The position numbers and the translations under genes were made by a program. 64,000 nt of DNA, from assembly GCA_015057445.1 (NCBI GenBank), contig SVEI01000004.1, forward strand, positions 6,571 through 70,570, given 5' to 3'. The number at the start of each line of letters is the position of its first letter. Within the stretch, counting starts at the first letter, position 1. The notes beneath the pieces were generated by a model. That model made no database searches. It worked only from the letters and a program-made list of their open reading frames with translations, and was not told where the DNA came from. This document shows, piece after piece, positions 10,207 through 20,310 of this stretch. The stretch comes from Lachnospiraceae bacterium (GTDB lineage: Bacteria > Bacillota > Clostridia > Lachnospirales > Lachnospiraceae).

Positions 10207-12045
10207 ATGAGATTATTCAAAAGAAAAATCCTGAGCATAATATGTTCAATGGGATTGATTTTAGGTTTATTGATGATTAATTCGATGCCTGCTAGAGCTG
10301 AAGATTTACCAGAAGATGGTGGAAGTATGGCTAGAGCGATTAAGATGACCGATGGAGAGGTTTATACTAAAACGTGGGCTAAAAGAAGTCAAGCAAAACA
10401 TTATAGTACATTTACTATAAGTGAAAGAGGCTATATTACACTTGATATAACAAAGCCATATGATGATGATTATAATTTTGTTAGGCTATATCTTAAAATT
10501 TTCAATGATAAAGATGAGATGGTGTTTGATAGTAGAACAGATGGTGATACGACAGCCTCATTGTCAACGGTGTTGAATTTAGGACTTGATCCTGGAACTT
10601 ACTATATTGAAATGTATCCAGCAACCCAAGAAACGGTGCCAATAACAACGAATTATGGCTTAAAATTTACACAAAGTGTGAATTGGGAAGTTGAACCTAA
10701 TGGATCGAAAGACTATGCAACAAATGTTGAATTAGGAAAAAAATATTCAGCTATTATTTCAGGCGGAGAAGATAATTTTACACGTTCTGATTATTTCAAG
10801 TTTGAGGTGACATCTCCAAATTCAAGTTATAAAATTAGCATAGGGAATTATAAGCGACTTCTTAACTCTGAAAAAGTTCAAATAGGCATAGTAAATCCAG
10901 ACGGAGACAAAAAGTATTTAGATGGGGAATTTACATATGAAGGAAATGATGGAACAGCATATTATCTTGTAGAAGAACCAGAAGTAGGTGATTGGTATCT
11001 TAGAGTATGGGCATCGGATGGAATGTTTGCCTATAATTATATTGAATCATTACCTTATTCTATTACTGTGCAGAAAATCGAAAATCCTCTCACTGTTTCC
11101 TACCGTACTCACGTTCAAAGCTTTGGTTGGCAGGGCTTTGTATCCGATGGAGTAATGAGTGGAACTAGTGGCTTAGGAAAGAGACTTGAAGGAATTGAAA
11201 TTAAGGTTGATAGTGGAAAAGACCTTGGAATTAGATATAAGACTCATGTTCAGTCATATGGATGGCAGAGTTGGAAGTATGATGGAGCAATGAGTGGAAC
11301 CAGTGGAGAGGCAAAAAGACTTGAAGCTATCTGTATTGAACTCACTGGAGATGACAAAGATAAGTATGATGTGTACTATAGAGTGCATGCACAGTCTTAT
11401 GGCTGGTTAGGATGGGCTAAGAATGGTCAGCCAGCTGGTACAGCAGGACAAGGAAAGAGACTTGAAGGTATTGAGATAAAAGTGCTTCCAAAGGGACAGC
11501 TTCCAGGTGGAACAGTTGGTTACTCGTATATAGAAGTAGGTAAGAGTGCAGACAATTCAAAATCAGCAGGTATGGTAAACTATATGACTCACGTACAGTC
11601 CTATGGAAATCAATCATATGTATTTGATGGTTCTGTATCAGGTACTTTCGGTGAAGCAAAGAGACTTGAAGGAATCAAAATTAACGTAAATACTAACAAA
11701 ACAGGAGTGTCTGGTGGAATTTCATACAGAACTCACGTGCAGACATACGGTTGGCTTGGATGGTCAAGTAATGGCGCATTTAACGGAACAAGTGGAGAAG
11801 GCAAAAGATTAGAAGCTATTCAAATTAAGCTAACAGGAGAAATGGCCAATAAGTATGATGTGTACTACAGAGTACATGCCCAGTCATTTGGTTGGTTAGG
11901 ATGGGCTAAGAATGGACAGTCAGCAGGAACAGCAGGTTACGCAAAGAGACTTGAGGGAATACAGATTGTATTACTTCCAAAGGGTTCATCAGCCCCAAGT
12001 GCTCTTCCTGGAACCCCAGGAACAGCATCATTTATACAAAAATAG
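10207..12045 (+). CDS. Secreted protein with PPC-like domains and about 6 clostridial hydrophobic-W (ChW) repeats
   Basis: Signal peptide ending ARA; WEVEPNGS..DYFKF; repeated YRTHVQSYGW..SGTSG..KRLEGIEI; AAGGAGG RBS gives ATG 10207. Confidence 0.88.
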   Translation: MRLFKRKILSIICSMGLILGLLMINSMPARAEDLPEDGGSMARAIKMTDGEVYTKTWAKRSQAKHYSTFTISERGYITLDITKPYDDDYNFVRLYLKIFNDKDEMVFDSRTDGDTTASLSTVLNLGLDPGTYYIEMYPATQETVPITTNYGLKFTQSVNWEVEPNGSKDYATNVELGKKYSAIISGGEDNFTRSDYFKFEVTSPNSSYKISIGNYKRLLNSEKVQIGIVNPDGDKKYLDGEFTYEGNDGTAYYLVEEPEVGDWYLRVWASDGMFAYNYIESLPYSITVQKIENPLTVSYRTHVQSFGWQGFVSDGVMSGTSGLGKRLEGIEIKVDSGKDLGIRYKTHVQSYGWQSWKYDGAMSGTSGEAKRLEAICIELTGDDKDKYDVYYRVHAQSYGWLGWAKNGQPAGTAGQGKRLEGIEIKVLPKGQLPGGTVGYSYIEVGKSADNSKSAGMVNYMTHVQSYGNQSYVFDGSVSGTFGEAKRLEGIKINVNTNKTGVSGGISYRTHVQTYGWLGWSSNGAFNGTSGEGKRLEAIQIKLTGEMANKYDVYYRVHAQSFGWLGWAKNGQSAGTAGYAKRLEGIQIVLLPKGSSAPSALPGTPGTASFIQK

Positions 12046-12055
12046 ATATATAATC

Positions 12056-12093
12056 AAACAAACTCGTAGGACAAGTTGTTCTACGAGTTTTGT
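12056..12093 (+). terminator. Intrinsic terminator
   Basis: AAACTCGTAGGAC..GTTCTACGAGTTTT. Confidence 0.8.
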
Positions 12094-12099
12094 TATTTA

Positions 12100-12159
12100 T
12101 TACACTTTTTCTTGCAAAAATTACATTTGGGACATATTTGTGAATTTAAACATTATAAT
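12100..12159 (+). promoter_or_regulatory. TTACA-N16-TTACA box plus TATAAT
   Basis: TTACA 12100 and 12121, TTGCA at +12, TATAAT 12154. Confidence 0.7.
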
Positions 12160-12204
12160 CAGAGCAAGATAATTTAAATAATACACAAAAGGGAGGAAAG
12201 GTAT

Positions 12205-13083
12205 ATGAATGTAATTATTAAAGAAGGAAGTAAAAGTAGCTACAGTGTTAATTTAGAGTCCTATGGAAAGGATGTTGTTAGTTTTGGTAGAAATTCGGAT
12301 AACGATATTATACTTAATACATCCTGCGTTTCAAGAGTTCACGGTTGTTTTTTCAAAGAAAATGGCGGATGGAAAATCTCAGATATGAATAGTACTAATG
12401 GACTGTATGAACATGGCAATAAGATAAAAGAAAAGACAGTAGATAGGAATACAGAAATAATTATCCAGGATTATAAGACGCCAGAAGGAAAGGTTGTATT
12501 TACTTTCCAATTTAATGCTAGTCCTATGCCACAGAGAGCAGTTGATAAAAATACATATGTTCCAAGTGCATCTAACGATCTTTTTGTGGATGGAGAAGAA
12601 GTTGAAAGAGCTAGGATTGGTAGCGGTTACTTAGATAGTGCTATAAGAGGTGGTGGATTTTCTAAGGGGTATGGCATTTTGTCCAATAAGCGTTTTTATT
12701 TTAGAGGCAGATGTTATACAAATGTTAATTCCCATCTTACAAAAACCGATGAAGAGTGGACTGTTGATCTTGAAGATATTACTTCCACAGGATTTGTATA
12801 TAGGTCTAGTATAGGATTTTTAATTTCAGCTATTATAGTGTTGATAGCTGGATTAGGGATTGCGGTCAGTGAGGAAGAAGGTGGAATTGCTCTGTTGGCA
12901 ATCCTTGTAGCCATTGTACTTTATGTAATATATTTACTAACCAAACGTGCTATATATTATGTGACATTTGCAGGTGGATGCGTAGGTGTAGATGCATCAA
13001 AGTACGGTGGAACTCGTGCTGTCAAAGGATTTGATAGAGTATTAAGACGAGAAAAGGATATAAAGAAAGCCAAGAAAGCATAA
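12205..13083 (+). CDS. FHA-domain membrane protein (FHA, PH-like segment, 2 TM)
   Basis: SFGRNSDNDI..VSRVH..DMNSTNG; GYGILSNKRFYF; two hydrophobic helices. Confidence 0.88.
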   Translation: MNVIIKEGSKSSYSVNLESYGKDVVSFGRNSDNDIILNTSCVSRVHGCFFKENGGWKISDMNSTNGLYEHGNKIKEKTVDRNTEIIIQDYKTPEGKVVFTFQFNASPMPQRAVDKNTYVPSASNDLFVDGEEVERARIGSGYLDSAIRGGGFSKGYGILSNKRFYFRGRCYTNVNSHLTKTDEEWTVDLEDITSTGFVYRSSIGFLISAIIVLIAGLGIAVSEEEGGIALLAILVAIVLYVIYLLTKRAIYYVTFAGGCVGVDASKYGGTRAVKGFDRVLRREKDIKKAKKA

Positions 13084-13097
13084 GAATAAGTATTAGC

Positions 13098-13134
13098 AAG
13101 CCTTGTAGGAAAAGTTTTCTTACGAGGCTTGTTA
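13098..13134 (+). terminator. Intrinsic terminator, homologous to 12056-12093
   Basis: AAGCCTTGTAGGAAAA..TTTTCTTACGAGGCTT. Confidence 0.75.
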
Positions 13135-13138
13135 TTTA

Positions 13139-13198
13139 TTACACTTTTTTTTGCAAAAGTTACATTCTTAAAATATACCATGTGAAAATCTATATAAT
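13139..13198 (+). promoter_or_regulatory. TTACA-N16-TTACA box plus TATAAT (distal promoter of main operon)
   Basis: TTACA 13139 and 13160, TTGCA at +12, TATAAT 13193. Confidence 0.7.
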
Positions 13199-13256
13199 TT
13201 GAATATAGATAAATTCCAAGAGTCCAATTGCGAATATAACAAAATATCATTATTTT

Positions 13257-13317
13257 ATGCAAGAAAACATGCATAATCTGCAATGTGACGTTACTACCTT
13301 TGTAAATATGGTAAAAT
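13257..13317 (+). promoter_or_regulatory. TGCA-type 21-bp box plus extended -10 (proximal promoter)
   Basis: ATGCA 13257, ATGCA 13269, CTGCA 13278, TGGTAAAAT 13309-13317. Confidence 0.55.
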
Positions 13318-13389
13318 TCTAAGGATGAAAATGGGGTAATTATACTAAAAAATCAGATATAGATACAAGTGGTGCAAGGAGGTTACCGA

Positions 13390-14115
13390 ATGATTACTTA
13401 TAAAATTCATACCCACGTGGGGAATAGAGAGGTAAATGAGGATAGTGTTGGAGAGCATATGTCTGATGGAAGATACTGCTTTGTGTTGGCTGACGGGTTA
13501 GGAGGACATGGAAGTGGTGAATGTGCTTCTTTTGCTGCGGTAAAAACTGTTTTAGAATTGTTCGCAGAGCAGTATAACGAAGAGTTTTTAGATGGGTGTT
13601 TTACCTTGGCTCAGGCTAGAGTGTTAGAAGAACAAATTCTTGATAAATCCAAGTCTGACATGAAGACAACCTTAGTTACCTTGGTTATAGATAAAGATAA
13701 GGTCAGATGGGGACATATTGGAGATTCTAGACTGTATCATTTTTATAAGAATAAGGTTGCTAGTAGAACCTTGGATCATAGTGTGCCACAGATGTTGGTT
13801 AATCTAGGAGAGATTAAGGAGAAGGATATTAGAGGTCACGAAGATCGTAATAGACTTCTTAGAGTAATTGGAACACCTTGGAATAATCATTCTTATGAGT
13901 TGTCTGATACGGTACAAGCTAAAAAATGTCAAGCATTCTTGCTTTGTTCAGATGGTTTTTGGGAATTGATAGATGAGAAGGCAATGATTACATATCTAAA
14001 GAAAGCTAAGACTGTGGATGAATGGATGGATCTTATGGTTAAAGAAGTTATGGCTAATGGCAAGGATGTAAATATGGATAATAATTCAGCCATAGCCATT
14101 TGGATGGAGGGGTAG
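13390..14115 (+). CDS. PP2C-family Ser/Thr phosphatase
   Basis: GNREVNED, LADGLGGH, GHIGDSRLY, TLDHS, CSDGFWE, DNNS; AAGGAGG RBS. Confidence 0.95.
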   Translation: MITYKIHTHVGNREVNEDSVGEHMSDGRYCFVLADGLGGHGSGECASFAAVKTVLELFAEQYNEEFLDGCFTLAQARVLEEQILDKSKSDMKTTLVTLVIDKDKVRWGHIGDSRLYHFYKNKVASRTLDHSVPQMLVNLGEIKEKDIRGHEDRNRLLRVIGTPWNNHSYELSDTVQAKKCQAFLLCSDGFWELIDEKAMITYLKKAKTVDEWMDLMVKEVMANGKDVNMDNNSAIAIWMEG

Positions 14116-14117
14116 TT

Positions 14118-15140
14118 ATGAAGAATACAAAAGGTTTAATATTTGGAATAATTATATCGTTATTATTGGTAGTTAGTATGATTACTGTGTTTATGCCTTA
14201 TGTAAAGATTACTGAATCAGATGTAAAGCATGCTGTTAAGGCTGTTTTTGAGGATTATGAGGACATAGTTGGAGAGATTGCTGATGACTCAGAAGATGAG
14301 TGGCTTGGTTCAAGAACTGGTGTAGGAATAATAGACGAACTTACAGGTGATGATTTTGATGTGGACGTTAAACAGATAAAGCATATTAAAGCATTTGTAA
14401 TGGTTTGTCTTATTGTAGCTTGGGCATTAGCTTTAGTAACTCTTATTCTTACATGGATACTGAAAAAACGTCCAAGATATATATGTACGCTTGTAATATC
14501 CGTCATGTCAGCACTGACAATGCTATGTTTGTTTATCTTCCTTCCAAATGTAATAAAAAACAAGCTAGTTGATGCTTTAGAAAATCAGATGTCTATTGAA
14601 ATAGATGAGATAGAGGAAGAAATTGAAATAGAAACTGATGAGGATTTTGATTTGGATGAAGCCTTTGAAATTATTGGTGGAGAAAGTCTTAGAGATACTG
14701 TTATCGCCTGGATAGGAGAGTTCACAAGAGAGTTACTTAATAACACTCTTACATATGGTTATTGGCTATTTATAGTCCTTATGAGTTCTGTAGCAATTGT
14801 CTCAATATTTGGAATTATATTTGACAAGAAAGAATTTGTTGCAAAGATTTATGTACTTTCAGGCGCATACAAGGGTGCTTGTATAGATGTTGATTCAAAT
14901 ATTGTGGTTGGTAGAGATCCTAACGTATGTCAACTTATTATGGATGGAGAACAAATTAGTAGAAAGCATTGTAAGATAAGCTTTAATAATAAGACTGGAA
15001 AGTATCTTGTTACAGATTATTCCACAAATGGTACATACTACACAAATGGCAACAGACTTGACGAAAATGTCACTTCAGAGATTGATAGTGGAACAATTTT
15101 GATATTAGGAAAAAATGGAGACAAACTTAAACTGGGATAG
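14118..15140 (+). CDS. 4-TM membrane protein with C-terminal FHA domain
   Basis: Four hydrophobic segments with acidic loops; VVGRDP..ISRKH..DYSTNGT. Confidence 0.88.
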   Translation: MKNTKGLIFGIIISLLLVVSMITVFMPYVKITESDVKHAVKAVFEDYEDIVGEIADDSEDEWLGSRTGVGIIDELTGDDFDVDVKQIKHIKAFVMVCLIVAWALALVTLILTWILKKRPRYICTLVISVMSALTMLCLFIFLPNVIKNKLVDALENQMSIEIDEIEEEIEIETDEDFDLDEAFEIIGGESLRDTVIAWIGEFTRELLNNTLTYGYWLFIVLMSSVAIVSIFGIIFDKKEFVAKIYVLSGAYKGACIDVDSNIVVGRDPNVCQLIMDGEQISRKHCKISFNNKTGKYLVTDYSTNGTYYTNGNRLDENVTSEIDSGTILILGKNGDKLKLG

Positions 15141-15150
15141 GAGCATTGCT

Positions 15151-17334
15151 ATGACTAGAAGATGTCTTAATTGTATGAAGGAATTTACTATACCTTCAGA
15201 TGGTGAAAAAAAGTTGTATATGTGTCCACATTGTAGGCACACTGAAGGAACACCACCCAAAGAAATATATCACTTATATCCAGGAACAATCCTATCAGGA
15301 AGATATGTTATAGGAACAGTTCTGGGTTTTGGTGGATTTGGTGTGACATATAAGGCGTGGGATAATACTTTAGGAACAGTAGTTGCAGTCAAGGAATATT
15401 ACCCGACTGGCTTAGTACAAAGAGTGCCAGGGCAAAAGGCTGTAATTGTGTATGAGGGAAGTAGGAGAACAGAGTATTATACCGGATTAAATAGATTCTT
15501 AGACGAAGCTAGGAATATGGCTAAGTTTAGTGATAATCCAAATATTGTACATGTGGAGAATTTCTTCGAGGAGAATGAAACTGCATATATTGTTATGGAA
15601 TATTTGGATGGAATATCTATAAAGGGCTTTCTAAAGCAGGAACATGGAAAAATTGATTGGGAAACAGCGGTAGAAATTATCTGTTCCATTATAGATGCTC
15701 TAAGAGCATTGCATAAAGCATCTATATTACATAGGGACATAAGTCCAGATAATATTTTTCTCTGTGATGGTGGCAAGATTAAGCTTATCGATTTCGGTGC
15801 AGCTAGATTCTCTGATGAGGAAAAGGAGGTTACCAGGTCCATTATATTAAAGCCTGGCTTTGCTCCACCGGAGCAATATCAGTCTAAGAGTAAGCAAGGT
15901 CCATGGACAGATATATATGCTTTGTCGGCAACTTTGTATAGATTAGTTACGGGAGTGCTTCCTGATGAGTCAGTCAACAGAGTAGTTGAGGATGAAGTTG
16001 TTGATCCAGTGAATATTGATAACAATATCCCAGATTATCTGAGCAAGGCAATTATGAAGGGTATGGCGCTTAATGCAGATTTGAGATTTAGGAATGTAGA
16101 CGAATTCAAAGAGGCTATACAGAACAAGACCAAGGTTTTAGATGTTAAAGAGGAACTAAAACATAGAAAACGCAAGAGAATAATTGGTATCGCAGCTGCG
16201 GTACTTGTGCTTCTTGTAGGCGGTTTGATGGTGATTAATATTTATAAAAATAAGAAAAGTCAAGTAATACTTGAGGAAGCGGATGTAACCATTTGGTTAT
16301 GTATAGATGAAAATGAGAATGCTGACGAAGAAAAACAGATGATCCTTGATATGAGTGAGAAGTATCTATCTGACCAAGGGGAAGTAACCATTGATGTTCA
16401 GTGCATACCAGCTGACGAGTATAACCAAAGATTAGAGGATGCTATAGCCACAGATGATATGCCAGTATTATATGAATCAGATGCAGTCAGTCAACAGGTG
16501 TTAGACAATGCCATAGATGTAGAAGAAGTCTTTGAGTATTTAGAATATGGTCAGGACGAGTATTATTTTCTAGATAATTACAAGAAAGAATTATCAGGTG
16601 GTAAGCAGATGCCTATGGGCTTTAATGTACCTGTAGCTTTCGTAAGAAGAGGTAATGAAGCTTCCTTTGATACTATTGAAATAAAAAGCTACCAGCAAAT
16701 TAGCGCTGATAAGGAAAAGGGTTACTACATTGTGCCACAATACTATGGAATGATTATTAACAGCTTTGGTGGTAAGTATTCTTATTCTGATGGACTTAAT
16801 GTAGATGATGCATCTAAGACCATGATTAAAAATATCAAATCGGACATGTCTAAACACGGCAAAAATGCTGGTAATCCAGAACAGATGATACAAAGCTTTG
16901 CAGATGGACATATTACATATTATATGGCATCAGCAAAGGAGTTTAGACGTTTTAATGATGATGTAGCAGGCTTATATGAGATGCGTCCAATAGTAGCAGA
17001 TAACTTGTATGGAGAATTCTCAGATATGTGGAGTATTGATAGTGGAGCCAGTGAAGAGGAAATTAAGGCTGCTGAACTGTTGCTTAGTTATATGCTTGCA
17101 GAGGGTCCACAGAAGACAATGCACATTGCAAATAAGAATTCAATTCCATTGAATAAAGCGGCTTATCAGCAGTTTGTAAAGAATAATGGAAAGTATGAGA
17201 TAGTAAATGGATATTTAGATAAACTTACATTTTATCCAGATACACAGTACCAACTAAAGAATACATCACAGAATTTAAGTGAAGATGTGATAGTTGGCGG
17301 AGAAGATTTAGAACAGTGGATTAGTGAGAACTAG
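15151..17334 (+). CDS. Membrane Ser/Thr kinase with solute-binding ectodomain (paralog of 2537..4732)
   Basis: CLNC..CPHC; HRDISPDN; TM; EYNQRLEDA shared with 2537 ORF. Confidence 0.93.
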   Translation: MTRRCLNCMKEFTIPSDGEKKLYMCPHCRHTEGTPPKEIYHLYPGTILSGRYVIGTVLGFGGFGVTYKAWDNTLGTVVAVKEYYPTGLVQRVPGQKAVIVYEGSRRTEYYTGLNRFLDEARNMAKFSDNPNIVHVENFFEENETAYIVMEYLDGISIKGFLKQEHGKIDWETAVEIICSIIDALRALHKASILHRDISPDNIFLCDGGKIKLIDFGAARFSDEEKEVTRSIILKPGFAPPEQYQSKSKQGPWTDIYALSATLYRLVTGVLPDESVNRVVEDEVVDPVNIDNNIPDYLSKAIMKGMALNADLRFRNVDEFKEAIQNKTKVLDVKEELKHRKRKRIIGIAAAVLVLLVGGLMVINIYKNKKSQVILEEADVTIWLCIDENENADEEKQMILDMSEKYLSDQGEVTIDVQCIPADEYNQRLEDAIATDDMPVLYESDAVSQQVLDNAIDVEEVFEYLEYGQDEYYFLDNYKKELSGGKQMPMGFNVPVAFVRRGNEASFDTIEIKSYQQISADKEKGYYIVPQYYGMIINSFGGKYSYSDGLNVDDASKTMIKNIKSDMSKHGKNAGNPEQMIQSFADGHITYYMASAKEFRRFNDDVAGLYEMRPIVADNLYGEFSDMWSIDSGASEEEIKAAELLLSYMLAEGPQKTMHIANKNSIPLNKAAYQQFVKNNGKYEIVNGYLDKLTFYPDTQYQLKNTSQNLSEDVIVGGEDLEQWISEN

Positions 17335-17368
17335 GAACCAATGATTAGTGTAGTGAGAGGTGTTATGT

Positions 17369-20296
17369 ATGGCAGACAAAATTTGTATGGGATGTATGGA
17401 ACATTACAATGACAAATATGATATATGTCCACGCTGTGGTTATGTGGATGGTACTGGACCTAGGGAGGCATACCACCTTTCACCGGGAACTATACTTCAA
17501 GGAAAATACATTGTAGGAAAGGTAATCGGCTTTGGTGGCTTTGGTGTTACATACATAGGATATAACGCTATTTTAGATAAGAAAATTGCAATTAAGGAAT
17601 ATCTTCCGGGAGAGTTTGCCACAAGAGCAGGAGGTTCCACTGAAGTAACTGTATTTTCTGGAGAAAGAGAAGAACAGTTTGCCAGCGGAATAGTAAAGTT
17701 TGTAGACGAAGCAAAGAGACTGGCAAGGTTCAAGCACACACCTGGGATTGTAAGTGTATATGATAGTTTTCAAGAGAATAAAACGGCTTACATAATAATG
17801 GAGTATCTAGAAGGAGAGAACTTAGCTACAAAGATTGATAGAGAAGGAAAACTGCCACTAGATGAAGCATTTAATATAATGATGCCAGTTGTGGGAGCTC
17901 TTAAAGAAGTACACAAGGAAGGCATTCTTCACAGAGATATTTCTCCGGATAATATTTTTATCACTAATAGTGGAGAAGTTAAGCTCTTGGATTTTGGTGC
18001 GGCAAGATATGCAACAACTACACATAGCAAGAGTTTATCGGTAATAGTTAAACCAGGCTATGCACCACAGGAACAATATAGAAGTCGTGGTGATCAGGGA
18101 ACTTGGACAGATGTATATGCTTGTGCCGCTACACTTTATAAGATGATAACTGGAGTGACGCCAGAGGATTCTATGGAGAGAGGTAATAAGGACACTTTGG
18201 TACCACCTTCTAAGCTAGGAATCAAAATTCCTAAGAATAAGGAAAATGCCATAATGAATGCGCTAAATCTTAGGATAGAAGATAGAACTCCTACTGCGGA
18301 TGCATTTGAGGCAGATTTGTCCACGGATGAAGATGTTAAGCGCAATAAGATAAAGCTTAAGAAGATGGACATTGGAAGATGGCCATTGTGGCTTAAGATT
18401 ACTACTGGTACGGCTGCAACAGCTATAGCCACATTGGCTATATTACTTATAACAGGCGTAATATCATTTGGCTCCCTTAATATATTTGACAAGGGTGGAT
18501 TAGATGATGGAACAGTGTATGTGCCTAATGTAGTTAACTATAGTTTACCTGAAGCGGAAAAGAAAACTGATGATGCACAACTCATTACCCAGATAGTAGA
18601 TAAGAAGAACTCAGATGTTATACCAAAGGATATGGTTCTTTCACAGAATATTCAAGATGGTGAAGTTGTTCAAATTGGGACAGTTTTAGAGATAACTGTA
18701 AGCGCAGGCGGTGAGCTTGTTTATATACCTGATCTTGTGGGAATGACTAAAGAAGAAGCCGTTGCGACACTAGAGAAACTTGGGCTTTACTACCAGGTTG
18801 AGGAAGAAAAAAGTGAAGTCGCTGAGAACCACATTTCTAAGCAGGGAGTTGCAGAGGGAACTGCGGTTGAAAAGGGAGAAACAATTATTATAACTGTTTC
18901 AACTGGAATAGATGATATAGATGAAGATGAGGAGACAAAGGTACCTGCTCTTGTTGGTAAGAAATGGGAAGATGCTGTAAGTCTGGTATCATCATCCAAT
19001 TTGTACATCTTCAAATCTGGCTCTGAGTATAGTACCAAGTATCCTAAAGGTCAGATAATATCACAGAGTTTGGCTGCTGGTACAAATGTTAAGCAGGGAA
19101 CCAGTATAGGAGTAGTGGTGAGTCTTGGTATTGAGAAAACTAGAGTACCTGATGTGCAGTTTAAGTCTCGAACAGAAGCAGAACGACTTATGGCTTCTGC
19201 AAATTTGATAATTAGTGTTCAATATGAAGACAGCAAGACAGTGGCTAAGGATCATGTAATTAGACAGAGTATTGAAGCTGGTACAGAAGTTGATATGCAG
19301 ACTACAGTAACAGTGTGGATTAGTCGTGGTAATCCGGCAGCTGAGAATGCACCAACTACAGAATCAACCAGAACGACAGAAGATGTTCCAGATAATACAG
19401 AGCCTACTGTTACTACTACAGTGGCAGAAGGCACAGATAAAGACGATGACATCGTAATAGATAACGATGATACACCTGTAGTACAACCACCACAACCCGA
19501 ACCAGATGATGGAAATATAGAGGTTCCAAATCTTGTGGGAATGACAGAGTCGCAGGCTAAGTCAGCTCTGACGGACAAGAAACTAAAGGTGGGAGTTGTA
19601 AGCTATCAGCATGATGAAACTAAAACAGATGGAACCGTATTGTCTCAAGGTGTTGCTGCTGGAACCAAGGTTGGTAAGAATAGCGAAATCAATATAGTGG
19701 TTTGTAATAATGAGCAGTATGTAGAATATAGATATAGAACTAAAACAACTAAGACAGTGACTAATCAGACGCTAAATGAGGGTACATTGGTTGATAGTCA
19801 GGAAAGTTGGAGTGACTGGAGTGGGGAAAGCACAAATCCTGTGACAGAAGATGAGTACACAGATGTGGAAACTAGAACTGAAACAAGCTACTTGGATAAT
19901 CCAGGTGCTCCATTACCAGTTCCAACTCGAAAGTATTCATCAGAGGTTGTATCTTATAACGCAGAAATACATTGGGTTCAGAGATTCCTTAATTCGTACT
20001 ACGGACCAATTTTAGTAGAAGATGGGAAGTACGGTGGTCTTGGAATGTATTATGTAGGAGTGTTCCAGGGAGAGCAGGGACTTGGTGTAGATAAGTCCAT
20101 AGGCCCTAATACAACTGCAAGAATGCTTCAAATATGGCGAGAAAGAACAGCAACCACCACAACTTATTATAAGTACCGTACAAAGACAGTTACTAATACC
20201 TATGAGATATGGTCAGGTTGGTCTGAGTGGAGTACTACGGCGGTAACAGAAACTACAGACAATGAAGTAGAAACACGAAATGTATATAAGTACTAG
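17369..20296 (+). CDS. Membrane Ser/Thr kinase with 5 PASTA repeats and a PG-binding-like domain (paralog of 4782..7193)
   Basis: CMGC..CPRCG; HRDISPDN; five PASTA starts; WVQRFLN..DGKYG..FQ..GL.VD..IGPNT. Confidence 0.93.
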   Translation: MADKICMGCMEHYNDKYDICPRCGYVDGTGPREAYHLSPGTILQGKYIVGKVIGFGGFGVTYIGYNAILDKKIAIKEYLPGEFATRAGGSTEVTVFSGEREEQFASGIVKFVDEAKRLARFKHTPGIVSVYDSFQENKTAYIIMEYLEGENLATKIDREGKLPLDEAFNIMMPVVGALKEVHKEGILHRDISPDNIFITNSGEVKLLDFGAARYATTTHSKSLSVIVKPGYAPQEQYRSRGDQGTWTDVYACAATLYKMITGVTPEDSMERGNKDTLVPPSKLGIKIPKNKENAIMNALNLRIEDRTPTADAFEADLSTDEDVKRNKIKLKKMDIGRWPLWLKITTGTAATAIATLAILLITGVISFGSLNIFDKGGLDDGTVYVPNVVNYSLPEAEKKTDDAQLITQIVDKKNSDVIPKDMVLSQNIQDGEVVQIGTVLEITVSAGGELVYIPDLVGMTKEEAVATLEKLGLYYQVEEEKSEVAENHISKQGVAEGTAVEKGETIIITVSTGIDDIDEDEETKVPALVGKKWEDAVSLVSSSNLYIFKSGSEYSTKYPKGQIISQSLAAGTNVKQGTSIGVVVSLGIEKTRVPDVQFKSRTEAERLMASANLIISVQYEDSKTVAKDHVIRQSIEAGTEVDMQTTVTVWISRGNPAAENAPTTESTRTTEDVPDNTEPTVTTTVAEGTDKDDDIVIDNDDTPVVQPPQPEPDDGNIEVPNLVGMTESQAKSALTDKKLKVGVVSYQHDETKTDGTVLSQGVAAGTKVGKNSEINIVVCNNEQYVEYRYRTKTTKTVTNQTLNEGTLVDSQESWSDWSGESTNPVTEDEYTDVETRTETSYLDNPGAPLPVPTRKYSSEVVSYNAEIHWVQRFLNSYYGPILVEDGKYGGLGMYYVGVFQGEQGLGVDKSIGPNTTARMLQIWRERTATTTTYYKYRTKTVTNTYEIWSGWSEWSTTAVTETTDNEVETRNVYKY

Positions 20297-20310
20297 GAGA
20301 TTACATACAT

